DNA of 64,000 bases from Schmidtea polychroa (Eukaryota), in the NCBI GenBank assembly GCA_044892525.1, contig CM097885.1:4218001-4282000 (forward strand), given 5' to 3'. The notes below the pieces were generated by a model. That model was given only the letters and a program-made list of their open reading frames with translations. It was not told where the DNA came from and did not search any database. Each line of letters starts with the position of its first letter. Position 1 is the first letter of the stretch. The translations under genes and the position numbers were made by a program. Shown here one piece after another: positions 1 to 12,195 of the stretch.

Positions 1-1206
1 CGCCCCGCCTCGTTATCCCATGCAAGGTCCTCAACAACGTCGAAATGCCCGCCAATATTTACAGCGGTTTCCCAGTGGTCCCCATCGGATGCGTACACAA
101 CACAGTCGCCCTGGTAACCGTATCCGATAATCAAATCCCCAGCTGTGTTGATTGCACCTCCTATGAATCCCAATGTGTTGCCCCCGATTTGTCCTAATCT
201 TGTTTCCTCCATCCACCTCCAATTATTCTCCTTGTCTTGACTCCAAATGATCATGCTCTTGTCCATGCTTGCCGACATCAATCCCAGCCCCCCTTTCAGC
301 TCTTCTCGCTGACAAAATTTCACACTTGTCACCCAATTTTCGTGTCCTGAAAGCACCCCATCCAAACAAATACATAATCCGATTTTTCCCAGCAACTGGA
401 GCTTCTGAACATCTAATTGATTGACATTGGATGGATTTTCTTCAAGCTCAGCCGTGCTGATTTTCCAAACTCGAATGAATGAGTCTTGAGATGATGACGC
501 CAAATACGCAGAGTTAGAGTCGAATTTTATCGAATCCAAACACGTCACCCAATCCTCGTGACCACTAAGAACAAGCGGAGCTGACAAAACTCCAGTATCG
601 GCATCATTTATATCCATTACATGACATAAAACTCGACCATCATCGAGTCCCAAAGACACTAACAAAACCCCATTTAAATCGAGTAAATTGACAGAAATGA
701 CAAAGAATGGTTGGCAATTGATGGTTTGAATGGTATGAAACTCTGATTTATAGACAAGTATTTCCACTTTTGATTCGGATGCACAAATGATATAGATACT
801 ATTGTTATTATTATTAGATAGTCCAGAAAGATCTACTATAGGACCATTTAAACTCGGAATTTTGAGCTTACTAAATGAAAGAACAAATCCATTTACAGAA
901 TCAAAGTGCCAAATAATAACATTTGAAGAGTCATCGGAAGAAATTAATATTTCATCTGATATCCAATAAACACAAGTTACGATAGACTGATGCTCGGTAA
1001 ACTGATGAATTATTTTAGCATTAGTCCCTGACTGGTCAATTAAAATAATGGATTTTGACATACCACAGGCTAACCATTTACGCCAAGATATGCAGTTAGA
1101 TTTACTATTTATAGAATTGGAAATGTACAAATCATTTTTGAAAAATTTTATTTCTATAATAATACATAAACAATTATTAAATTAAATTATTATTATTACT
1201 TTCCAT
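1..1206 (-). CDS. ELP2: Elongator complex protein 2 (WD40), 5' part; exon 1 1200-1206, exon 2 from 1153 to the window edge
   Basis: ATGGAAA|GT...AG with a 46-nt intron (1154-1199). The open frame then reads LSGHEDWVTCLD, YLASSSQDSFIRVWKI, LDGVLSGHENWV, LMSASMDKSMIIW, RLGQIGGNTLGF and GGHFDVVEDLAWD, the ELP2 motifs in order. It is missing from the ORF track because no stop codon falls inside the window. Confidence 0.93.
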
Positions 1207-3316
1207 TAAGCAGCTTAAGGTTATACTAAAATTATATTATTTAAACAAAAACAGTTTTGCTATACAAGAAACTCAAAAAGATTTTAAATGTTCAATATAA
1301 AGTTTTACTATAGGTTTTATATAAATCATTGAATAATTTAATTTTTAATAAATTCTGAATAAACGAATAATTATTAATTCAATTATTTATTAACTTAGTT
1401 TCTTTTAAATATTTGACTTTTATTGCTTATAAAACTTAATTTATAAATAGTAAAAGTTCTTTTAAAGAAAAATATGATTTAACTTACGAAATTTTAATGT
1501 GGTTTCAAAGACTAATAAAACTTTCATGAAATTCTTGATATATTGACTTTAAACTTCAGACTAGATGATGGGAAAAAATCAAATGAAGCTGAATTATTAT
1601 GGAATGAATTCCAATAAATACATGATCGTGATAGAAGATATGTGCAGTAAATTACTCTATTTTATTGTAATCACGAATTAGGACAAATGAAAGATTTCAA
1701 GGAATATTTAAATATTATACCACAAATTTACTAAATTAAATAAGCTAAATTGCATAGATGCTTTACTAAAACTTTAATAACATGGCATAAAACAGGGAAA
1801 AATTTGATTTTCCAGCTCCAATAAAATGAATTAGCTGAACGGTTTAAACGAACTACAACAGTTCTCACAACACCAACATTGGCAAAGGGATAGAGTAAAA
1901 TTCAGAATAAGCATAAGTTAACAGAACGCAACTGATATACATTTTTTGAGATAATTTACTGCGAAATGTTAATTTATACTTTGTTGGACAATAACCAGAA
2001 AAGAACCCGGTTGTTTATCTATAACAAAAGACAAAAAATTTAAACAAAAGACGAAAAATAATGAGAAAACAACAAGGAAAATTAAAAGAAAAGATATAAT
2101 AAGAAGCGAAAAAGAAGAAAATAAAATGATTATCCAAATAAAAAACTTAAGAAAATGAAACACGGAATGTATCAATTAAAACAGAAAATCACTGGTTGAA
2201 AAATCCAAATGCATAAAAAACGCAATGAAATTCAAATAACACGCGTTAAATATTAAATTTAAGATGAAAAGTAAGATGGAAACATGACGAATAAAAGGTA
2301 ATCAAAACACAATTTTCGTAGAAGAAATAAGCTTGTTAGAGAAAAACAACAATTCCAGAAGGTCATAAATAACACTGAAAAAAGAATCACGGAAATATAA
2401 CAAGGCAAAAACAATTGGAAAAAGAACAAATATTTTTCACCCAAGAGAAATAAAAAATGTAAAGTCGAAGGAGATTATAATTAATGTAATAATTATTTAA
2501 ATTTAAACATAAAACTTCTTTAAAATATTTTAGTTAAAATTATGGTAAATAATTGTATAAGAATTTGCAAGAAACGAGAATGAAGATGAACTCAAGAAAA
2601 TAATTAAATCGAGTTTGAGCCGGACTGCATAGCAAACATGCGTTAAAATGATTATGATGCATTCAAAGGAGTAGATATTTCCAGTTTTGGCCGCTTAGAG
2701 TCCCAGTTAACAAGAATATATGAAAACATAACTCTCCATCTATCTGTTTGTTTATTGCAGATTATTATTAATAAAAATTTAATATTATTAATTTCATTTG
2801 ATTCTAAAGTTCAAGTAATTATTTTAATTTGAAGAGAGCATTTAAATTTGGAAAAATCATTTTATTGAGATCTTATTTAATTAACGTTATTGAACGGTTG
2901 ATAAGAGAGGTTAGAAACAATGAGAATTAAAGAAAATATTTGTGTCATCATTTTGAAATTATGTTGGTATTTTATTATCTCGAAATAAATTAAAATCGCA
3001 ATAAAGTTGATTAAGTAATAAATCGAATGAGACTCCGTTAAGACAAATTATTTCATATTGCAAATAGCTTTGATATATATCATAAACATAACCGTAGGCA
3101 TTTCGACAGAAACTACCGACAATATAATCTCGTATTTCAAATCTTCAAATTTTATTTATTTCAAGTAAAAATTCCAGACAGAGAAATCGAAGCTAGAAAT
3201 CGAGGCCGGAGAGTTTAAATATATAATAAAATGATGAAGGGATAAGAGGAAATAGGACGCCATACTTTTAAGAGTAAGCCCATGAACGCAGAGGCGCATA
3301 GTTTGCCGACAGCCAC

Positions 3317-3332
3317 CCACTAGATGGCAGCA
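3317..3332 (+). promoter_or_regulatory. CTCF-like motif CCACTAGATGGCAGCA
   Basis: Close match to the CTCF core consensus, lying between the divergent ELP2 and ASCC1 starts. Motif match only. Confidence 0.3.
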
Positions 3333-4059
3333 TCATTGTTGTCTGTTAAGGGTATTTAGAGGTTTAATGAATAATTGAGCGTGGTTACGAAGGAAAACAA
3401 AATATAGTTAAAGCATTGACAGGGCAGGACGAGCCAAATTATGAAAGGTTTCCCCATTCGTAACCGACCAATTTTTTCTTGAAGCAGACAAATTTATAGA
3501 AAAAAATTTGACAAATAATTAAAGATATTGATAATGTAACTTTGATATTATTTTAAGCGTATTTTTATTATTTAGTATTATTATTATTAGAAGTTTGCGA
3601 ACTTTTATTGATGAAGTGGATGTTTTAGTATGCAAGGAACCGTAAAAGGATACAAGGACCGAACTGAATTCGACAACTCTTACAAAATCATAAAATTTCT
3701 GTTACTAAATCAAGTTTAAATCCAATCTCTAGATGGAAAAAAATAAAAGAATAAAATAAAGAATAAACTAATTGAATTTGAGAAAATTTTAAGAAACGAT
3801 GATTTTGTGGATTATTTAAGTACTCGATATGTCACTATATATTTATATATATATTATTTATTGTTAATAAAAGTTCTTTTAGAAATAAGTTTTATTCAAT
3901 TGATTATTTTTTAAACGAAAAAATTATTAAAAATAAATAATTATTACATTTTATTAAAAATGCCAACCGAACAAAGCTTTTCATATACTAATTTTGTTTA
4001 TACGAAGTTTATATTTACAATCAAATTTTTGAAATTAACGTAATTAATTTTAAATCATA

Positions 4060-4835
4060 ATGGATGTGATTAATCCTGGAATTACAGTTATTGGTAAAAG
4101 GTACTATAGAAACTGTTTAACTTCAACAAGTATGTTATTGAAATAGTTCAATTAGCTTCAATTAATCATTTGAATTTATTAGATAATGAAGAAATTACTA
4201 ATGAAGATTATATATATAATAAAAATTATGATGAAGACTATTGTGATTATGATGAAACGAATTCTTATTTCTTTATTAAAGAAGAAGGAAATAATTTTGT
4301 TACTCATTTGAAAGTGGCAACCATGTTTTATGGTTTTATAATCGGTAAAAAGGGTGAATGCAAAAAAAAGATTGAATGTGACACGAAAACCAATATTACT
4401 ATTCCTTATGAGGGTAAAACCGGACCAGTTGTGGTTAAAGGCAAAAGTTATGCATCTGTTGACAGAGCTGCATCTAGAATATGTGAGCTTGTTGAGTTAG
4501 GGCGCTATTTGACTCCCTTTACCCACTTTTTTTCTATTCCTGCAAATAATGAAATTATAACACAAAGCTTCGAAAAATTCAAATCTGAAGTGTTGCACTT
4601 TTGTCTAGGCGATCGTGGAATTGAAGATAGATTATTCCAAAAGCCTTATAAGTTACACTTGACATTATCTCTTGTCGTTATTGGTGATCACGATGAGTTG
4701 GATAGTTTATTAAAAATTTTCAACGAATTCAAGCAAAGCAATGAGGAATTATTTCGGGAATCATTGCGCGTTCATATCAAGGGATTGGAATATATGAATG
4801 ATGATCCATGCGAAGTGCGAGTTCTATATGGAAAG
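4060..4835 (+). CDS. ASCC1: Activating signal cointegrator 1 complex subunit 1, exons 1 (4060-4129) and 2 (4183-4835)
   Basis: N-terminus MDVINPGITVIGKRYYRN, a 53-nt phase-1 GT-AG intron, a KH domain (FYGFIIGKKG), PFTHFFSIP, the first 2H motif KLHLTL, and GLEYMNDDP..VRVLYGK followed by donor GTTGGA at 4836. Confidence 0.92.
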
Positions 4836-5232
4836 GTTGGACTTCATTTTTGATTTCAGATGATTTTATTCAGTAAAAATAATTTTTAATTATTTATATT
4901 CATTAAAAACAAAATGCAAAAGTATAATAGAAATTCGCTGGTTTATAATTTTAACATTTATTAATGACGAAATTGAAATCAATAAATTCTAAAAACTTAA
5001 TATATGACCTTGTAGAGAGTTTTATTCTGAGTCTAATAAGCTAGAGATATGACGAATATTTATCATTCCACGTGGGCTAGTATAGATTTTTAAAAATCAA
5101 TAATAATAATAATTATATATATATATGAAAACCTGAAAAATAAAGTGAAAGATAAAAATGAAAACTTGAAATTAGAAATTAGTTAATTAAAAATATACTA
5201 AATACAACTACAATCGATTATTTGATGAGAAT

Positions 5233-5560
5233 ACTGACAGGAATTGTTCGAGATATTAAAGAAAAATTGTATTACATTGATTTTGGACAAGAAGTGCAAA
5301 CTGCTGCTTTTTCATCGTTACTTGAAGAGTTATGAACTACCATATGATCAAGTTATTATCATTGGAAATGAAAGATTCGGATGCTCTTTGTTTTAGCAAT
5401 CATTCTTGTTCGAATTCATAGCATAATGAAATGCGATGTGAATATTCGTAAAGATTTATATAGCAATACCGTTTTATCAAGTGGTTTGACAATGTATCTA
5501 TACTATAGCTGATCGTATGCAAAAGCAAATTTCACCTTAAGCTCCAGCTTCAATGAGATT
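5233..5560 (+). pseudogene. Actin pseudogene fragment (central to C-terminal region)
   Basis: Frameshifted [45 protein letters not shown] and IADRMQKQI, with deletions and no introns. Confidence 0.85.
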
Positions 5561-6049
5561 TAATGAAATTCCCCTCTTCAGCCAATCACAACTTTCAGCT
5601 GTTGTGCACGGTTATAGAAGGAGAATATATTTTGAATTACCTCTTTATGATATATTCTGAAGCAAAACAACATGTACATTTTTATCGGAATTACAAACAT
5701 GCAATATTGATTCAATAAGTATATAAATAGCAACATACAATTCAGATGCAATAGACATACAAATTTTCATTGGATATACTAAATATGTAATAAGGTTTCA
5801 ATGCGAATGAAAATTTTGACTGAATGTACACGTGTAAATTGCTTACAAATATTCTTTTAATATTTACACGCAATTAACAGAAACAATATATAAATGCACT
5901 TAATATAATTCATCTATCATTCAACATTAATTTTCATTGATTTTAATACATGTAGCTCATGTGCAATAGTGTTAGGATTGATCTAGTTGATTGAATATAT
6001 TCACACATATTTCAGAAATGTAAACTATATATAATATCTACAAGCCCAA

Positions 6050-6950
6050 GAACTCAGTCACTTTTTTTGTAAGTCTTTATAAGGAATCTCTCATACATGT
6101 CTCCAGGGGTGTTGTCTAGTGTGAGATCGTCTAAGTCTTCAGTCAACAATTCCTGGTTTAGGTTCCTTTTCAAATCCCTATTGGCTGTTATTCTTAACTC
6201 TACTTGAGAATTTTGACTGAGCAAGTCCTGCATAGGTTCCCATGGGTGTCAGACTTATGTGAACTGTGCTTACAGATCGAGAATGAATAATCGAGTACTT
6301 GTTGACTGAGGTGGAATGTGGAGATCGAGAGTATATCATAATCCATATCATCAATGTAGTTTGTATAGGAATCAGAGACTCCCACTTCTTCATTTTCCTT
6401 TGAGATTCTAATTACATCATTTACGACAGAGTCATCTACCAGTTGCCTCAGCGACGTCCGTTAGTATGTTTACACCGCACATCCTCTTAATCTCGATGGA
6501 ACTGTTGCTATTCTGGCAGCAGCATAGATATTGTTGGGGAACTTAAGTAAAACATGTCTATTGCTGCTATTATTTTGGCGTATTCTGAGTTGTTGGATAA
6601 TCCTACTTAGAGTTTCGTATAGGATATGAAGTTCCCTATATCTACACTAAATGGTGGCGCCTTAAATATAGTCGTTATTGCATCGGAAACCTTCGAAACG
6701 TAGGCCCCAGAAATATCCCTTTCTCTCTGTATTGGATAGAGAACCCCCTGTTAAATCTTGCGTTAAATTTGCATCCAAATATTCCATCTCTAATAAGTCT
6801 ATTGGTGTTATTTTGTCGATGTCCCAAATCTCAATTTCGGCTTCTTGGCTTTGAGTCCAGCACTGGGATATGTGGCCTTGTCTTGAGTAGACTGATTATT
6901 AACCTTCAAGACCAATTGTTGCTTTGAAACATCTGAGATTAAATATAAAT
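6050..6950 (-). mobile_element. Possible decayed retroelement gag-like remnant
   Basis: GC-richer island with a degenerate zinc-knuckle-like stretch (SVYSRQGHISQCW) near 6860-6895. Weak. Confidence 0.2.
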
Positions 6951-7949
6951 TGTTCATGTTTTATAGAAAATATTAGATAGTTGTTCGGATTTTTTATCTG
7001 ACTTCAAAGATAAGCTTTCTAGCGTGTAGGTAATATAAATAAACTATGAATTAAATGAAAACTAAGACTGGTGTATTGATAAATATATACAACAATTACA
7101 ATGGTTTAATTTGTCACACCCAAAAATGCTGCCTTATCACTATAAAGATAGAAATCGGTTATTCGAACCGTTCTCGGATAAATATGTCAAATGCTGGGAC
7201 TGCTGGTTTATCACAGCGCTGATCTAAGGTGAAAGGAACAAGGAGTAAGATTCCCAAAATTTGCGCGATCCATTAGAACAAGTTTGTTTTAAGTTACCTA
7301 TTAGATTTCCTCTAAAAACTTGCTTCCAAACAAAAAAATCAACTGATACAGTTAGTATCTGTGGACGGGATTTTCAATTATTTAAAAACTTATTATTATG
7401 GTTTAATAATATGGTAGTTAACTTAAAAGTTAATTCCTTAAATTAATTGAAGAAACTCTGGTTAGCAAATCACTACTGAATTTTGTCAAATTTTACTGAC
7501 TTCAAGTATTCTATTTACACTGGAAATTTGAGAGCCAGCTGTTTTTGTTTCCACTTATAACATCAGCTGTTGACTTTATTACAACTTGAATTCACTCTGC
7601 AAACAATTGCTCAATGTCGTGAGTTTATTGTCGACCTTTTCTAAAATACTTTTTTAATTTATATTAAATTTCTACTATCTATTTATTATTTTTATAATTT
7701 TATATATAATTTTATAATATTTCTATTTATAGTAATTATTTATCTATTTATAGCATTTATTAATTCCTAATTTTAATTTTACTATAACTTAGCCTCTTAT
7801 GGCTACAACTATGATTTTAAGCTAACCCAACTCCAACAATAGACATAAGATGAAGATGCATAATTTATTTGGTCGCATTACATGACATCATAAATTCAAC
7901 ACTCTAGAAATATATAAATTCTTAAAAATTTTAAATGCTTAATGAGTTA

Positions 7950-8318
7950 AAGCGGATTCAGTACATTCCCTGGACCCAAACCCTCGCTTTATAAGGCCTT
8001 GCATTACAATTTAAAAATACACCATAGCTTCAACCGAACGTAGTTTGTCGTGGTTAAAATTAAATATGAATTACCTTTGATCTGCAATAGGTCAAAACCG
8101 TTTTACATCTCTAAATATTTTGTCTATTGAAAGTGAGGTAGCAAATTCCGTAAATTTTGATGATGTAATTAACGACTTTGCAGTGAAAAAGGCTAGAAAA
8201 ATTTTATAGTAATATTTTATGATCCTATATAATCTATTTATAATAAAACATTTAACTGTTTGTTTTTGCACTTGCGCAAATAATGTACCTGGATCCCAGA
8301 AAATTTACGCCGACCCTG
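7950..8318 (+). mobile_element. hAT transposon 3' remnant (dimerisation domain plus right TIR)
   Basis: 8021-8209 translates as TIASTERSLSWLKLNMNYL*SAIGQNRFTSLNILSIE...FDDVINDFAVKKARKIL*. The remnant ends in ...GCCGACCCTG at 8318, a CAGGG-type hAT terminus. Confidence 0.8.
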
Positions 8319-8599
8319 ACTAAAATGTTCAATGAGCAAAAACTACTTTTGAAAATATCTTCATAAATCTCTTGGATACACTAAATACTCTGCACTTCTA
8401 ATTAATACTGTAATGGAGTTAAAGTAGGTAGATAGTGGCTTACCGCAACAATTACCCCCCCCCCCCCCGGGTGGGGGGGGGGTGTTGCAACTTTTTTTTT
8501 GTTGCAACATTTTTTTTTGTTGCAACTTTTTATTACGCAATTGTTGCAACTCACATTTTTTGCTTTCAGGGATTTTTGGTCCAAATTTTTTTTTTATCA

Positions 8600-9360
8600 G
8601 ACTATAGTGAGGGGGTCTCGATGGTCCGGGGATTTTCTATACAAAAAAATTTTTTCAATACAAAAATCCGACTACCACTAAAAAGCATGGAATTTTCACA
8701 CTATAGTGAGGGGGTCTCGATGGTCCTGGGATTTTCAATACAAAAAAATTTTTTCAATACAAAAATCCGACTACCACTAAAAAGCATGGAATTTTCACAC
8801 TATAGTGAGGGGGTCTCGTTGGTCCTGGGATTTTCAATACAAAAAAATTTTTTCAATACAAAAATCCGACTACCACTAAAAAAGCATGGAATTTTCACAC
8901 TATAGTGAGGGGGTCTCGATGGTCCTGGGATTTTCAATACAAAAATCCGACTACCACTAAAAAAGCATGGTAATTTAAGGTCTCAGGATATTTTCAATAC
9001 AAAAATCCGACTACCACTAAAAAGCATGGAATTTTCTAGGTCAATTCAGGTGGGACTCCTTGGTCCTGAGAATTTCAATAGCAAAAGGTGGTCTTCAATA
9101 AAAAAGAGTGGTAATTTAAGGTCTCAGGATATTTTCAATACAAAAAGGCGGTCTACACTAAAAAAGAGTGGTAATTTAAGGTCTCAGGATATTTTCAATA
9201 GAAAAAGGCGGTCTTCAATAAAAAAGAGTGGTAATTTAAGGTCTCAGGATATTTTCAATACAAAAATCCGATTATCAATAAAAAAGCATGGATTTTTCTA
9301 GGCCAATTAATGCGGGTCTCCTTGGTCCTGAGAAAAAGGTGGTCTACACTAAAAAAGCGT
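8600..9360 (+). repeat. Subterminal tandem repeats (about 105-bp and 60-bp units) of the left arm
   Basis: Recurrent CACTATAGTGAGGGGGTCTCGATGGTCC and TTTTCAATACAAAAATCCGACTACCACTAAAAA. Mirrored at about 23540-24190 with different copy numbers. Confidence 0.9.
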
Positions 9361-9379
9361 GGTAAATTTTTAAAATAAA

Positions 9380-10260
9380 GTAAATAATGGTTCTAAAAAT
9401 TAAAGTAAATTATGGTTCTAAAAATTAAATTAAAGTAAATAATGGTCCAAATTTTTCAATTAAAGTAAATTATGGGTCTAAAAAATTAAATTAAAGTAAA
9501 TAATGGTCCAAATTTTTGAATTACAGTAAATAATGGTTCTAAAAATTGAATTACAGTAAATAATGGTTCTAAAAAAAAATTAAATTACAGTAAATTATGG
9601 TTCTAAAAAATTAAATTAAAGTTAATTAAGGTCCAAATTTTTCAATTACAGTAAATTATGGTTCTAAAAAATTAAATTACAGTAAATTATGGTTCTAAAA
9701 AATTAAATTACAGTAAATTAAGGTTCAAATTTTTCAATTAAAGTAAATTATGGTCCAAATTTTTGAATTACAGTAAATAATGGTCAAAATTTTTGAATTA
9801 CGGTAAATAATGGTTCTAAAAATTGAATTAAAGTAAATTATGGTTCTAAAAATTAAATTACAGTAAATAATGGTCCAAATTTTTCAATTACAGTTAATTA
9901 TGGTTCTAAAAAAATTAAATTAAAGTAAATTAAGGTTCAAATTTTTGAATTACAGTAAATAATGGTCCAAATTTTTGAATTACAGTAAATAATGGTCCAA
10001 ATTTTTCAATTACAGTTAATTATGGTTCTAAAAAATTAAATTAAAGTAAATTAAGGTTCAAATTTTTCAATTAAAGTAAATAATGGTCCAAATTTTTTAA
10101 TTAAAGTAAATTATGGTTCAAATTTTTAAATTAAAGTAATGAATGGGCTCAAATAACTAAATTAAGGTTCTAAAAAATTAAATTAAAGTTAATTAAGGTC
10201 CAAATTTTAAAATTAAGTAATCAATGGTCAAAAATTTAAATTAAAGTTAAATAAGTAAAT
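9380..10260 (+). repeat. Minisatellite of about 28-30 bp (AATTACAGTAAATAATGGTTCTAAAA-like)
   Basis: Many tandem variants, mirrored at about 22920-23530. Confidence 0.9.
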
Positions 10261-10499
10261 TAAAGTAATAATTTTTAAATAAGTAATGTAATAAGTAAAT
10301 TAAAGTAAGATTTTAAAATTTATTAACAAAAAGTTGAAATAATAGAAGGTGTTTGAGAATTGAAATTTTTTAATGAAAATTTTTATGAAATAATTTTTTA
10401 AGTAATTTTTAATAGAAATTTTTATGGAATAATTTTTTAAGATAATTTTTAATGGAAATTTTTATGAAATATTTTTCAAAGACAAATTTTAATAATAAT

Positions 10500-11195
10500 T
10501 CAACAACAAACCAACAACTTAGTACCAACAACCAGTAACTTATGAACATGTATTAACAATCAGATACCTACAACTAGTTACTAACAACCTGCTACCAAAT
10601 ACTTTCAACATGATACCACGTACTAAATAACTCTCAAACAACCAGATACTTACAACCAATTACCAGATACCAAGTACCTACAACTAGTTACTAACAACTA
10701 GTTACCTGATACTAAGTACCTACAACCATCTAACAAGTATTAACAACCAAAAACAAGCAACCAACTAGGTACCAAGTACTAACAACCGACAACAACTAAC
10801 TACCACCTACCAAGTACCTACAACCACATACTAACAACTAGGTACTAGATACCAAGTACATACAACCAACATCAACCTGTTACTAAGCATTATTAACCAT
10901 CTACCAAGTACATACAACCAATTACTAAGTACCTACAACCATCTACCAAGTACATACAACCAAGTACTAAGTACCTACAACCGACTAGCTACCACCTACC
11001 AAGTACCACCAACAACGAGATACCTACAACTAGATACTAACAACTAGCTACCACCTACCAAGTACCAACAATCAACTAACAACCAGGTACTAAGCATTAT
11101 CAACTAACAACCAGGTACTAAGCATTATCAACCAACTACTAACAACTAGATACTAAGCACTGTCAACTAGATACCAAGTACTAACAACCAGATGA
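10500..11195 (+). repeat. A/C-rich strand-biased repeat array (TACCAAGTACTAACAAC variants)
   Basis: Mirrored as a longer G/T-rich array at about 21720-22595. Confidence 0.85.
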
Positions 11196-11698
11196 CCACG
11201 TGAAATTATTAGTTAAATAGGTAAAATAATGTTTAATTTTAAAATTAAGTAATCAATGGTCTAAAATATTAAAGTTAGAGTCAATTTAAGATGAAAGTTT
11301 TCTGGGATTTTCAATGTTAATTTTAGATGCAAATCTTCGTCAATTAATCAATGACCACATGAAATTATTAGTTAAATATGAAAATAAGGGTTATAATTAG
11401 TTGTTTAGTAAATTATGGTGTAAAATTAAGAAATAAAGAATAATTAGGTAAATTAAGGATAAATTAAGGAAAATTAAGGTTCAAAATTTAAAATTAAGTA
11501 ACCAATGGTTCAAATTTTAAATTAAAGCTAAATAAGTAAATTAAAGTAAGATTTTTAAATTTATTATCAAAAGATTGAATAACTACCAACTTTTTTTGAG
11601 AAATGTAATTTTTAATGAAAATTTAAATGGAAATTTTTTTTTTAAGTTAATTTTAAATGTAAAATTTTTTAAGTTAATTTTTAATGGAAATTTTAATG

Positions 11699-11699
<1 letters not shown>

Positions 11700-11756
<57 letters not shown>

Positions 11757-11757
11757 T
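11700..11757 (+). repeat. (AAT)n microsatellite
   Basis: Pure AAT run, mirrored as (ATT)n at about 21134-21187. Confidence 0.95.
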
Positions 11758-12195
11758 CAACAGTTCCCAACAATCGGTTACTAAATATTTTTAACTAGAT
11801 GCTAACAAATACTTTGAACATGATACCACGTACTAACTAACTCTCAAACAACCAGATACCTACAACTAGTTACTAACAACCAACTAAGTATTCTTTATTG
11901 TATTTTATGAAATGTTTTTAAATTAATTTTTTATCTGTCTTTAAAAATATGTTTAATTACAATCAATAGAAAACCTTTTCAAAATGTCTAAATTTAACAA
12001 ACATGTTGACTTTCATCAAAAAACCACAACTCAATCACTTTAAAACACCACGTGAAATTCAAAATAATTTAAATTACAATGAAATACTAATGAATTCTAA
12101 TTTACAAAAACATCTTCTTTTAAATGATAACTTATTATTGCATCGTAAAATCACATTCAATAAATACTTATTGTTGATCAGTTTTATTATATATA

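Noticed and set aside
31..222. 63-aa minus-strand ORF
   Set aside because: It is an alternative frame overlapping the ELP2 coding frame.
4170..4853. ORF-track 227-aa protein as a complete gene
   Set aside because: Its start and end lie in introns; it is ASCC1 exon 2.
8698..8712. T7 promoter or vector contamination (CTATAGTGAG)
   Set aside because: Only 10 nt match, TCGTATTA is absent, and the motif is part of a native repeat also seen at about 51740.
8435..9301. ORFs MAYRNN.../MEFSRS... and their mirrors at 23643-24338
   Set aside because: They are translations of tandem repeats, differ between the arms and contain no recognisable domain.
8600..10260. CRISPR-like array
   Set aside because: The units are tandem with no unique spacers, there are no cas genes, and the context is eukaryotic.
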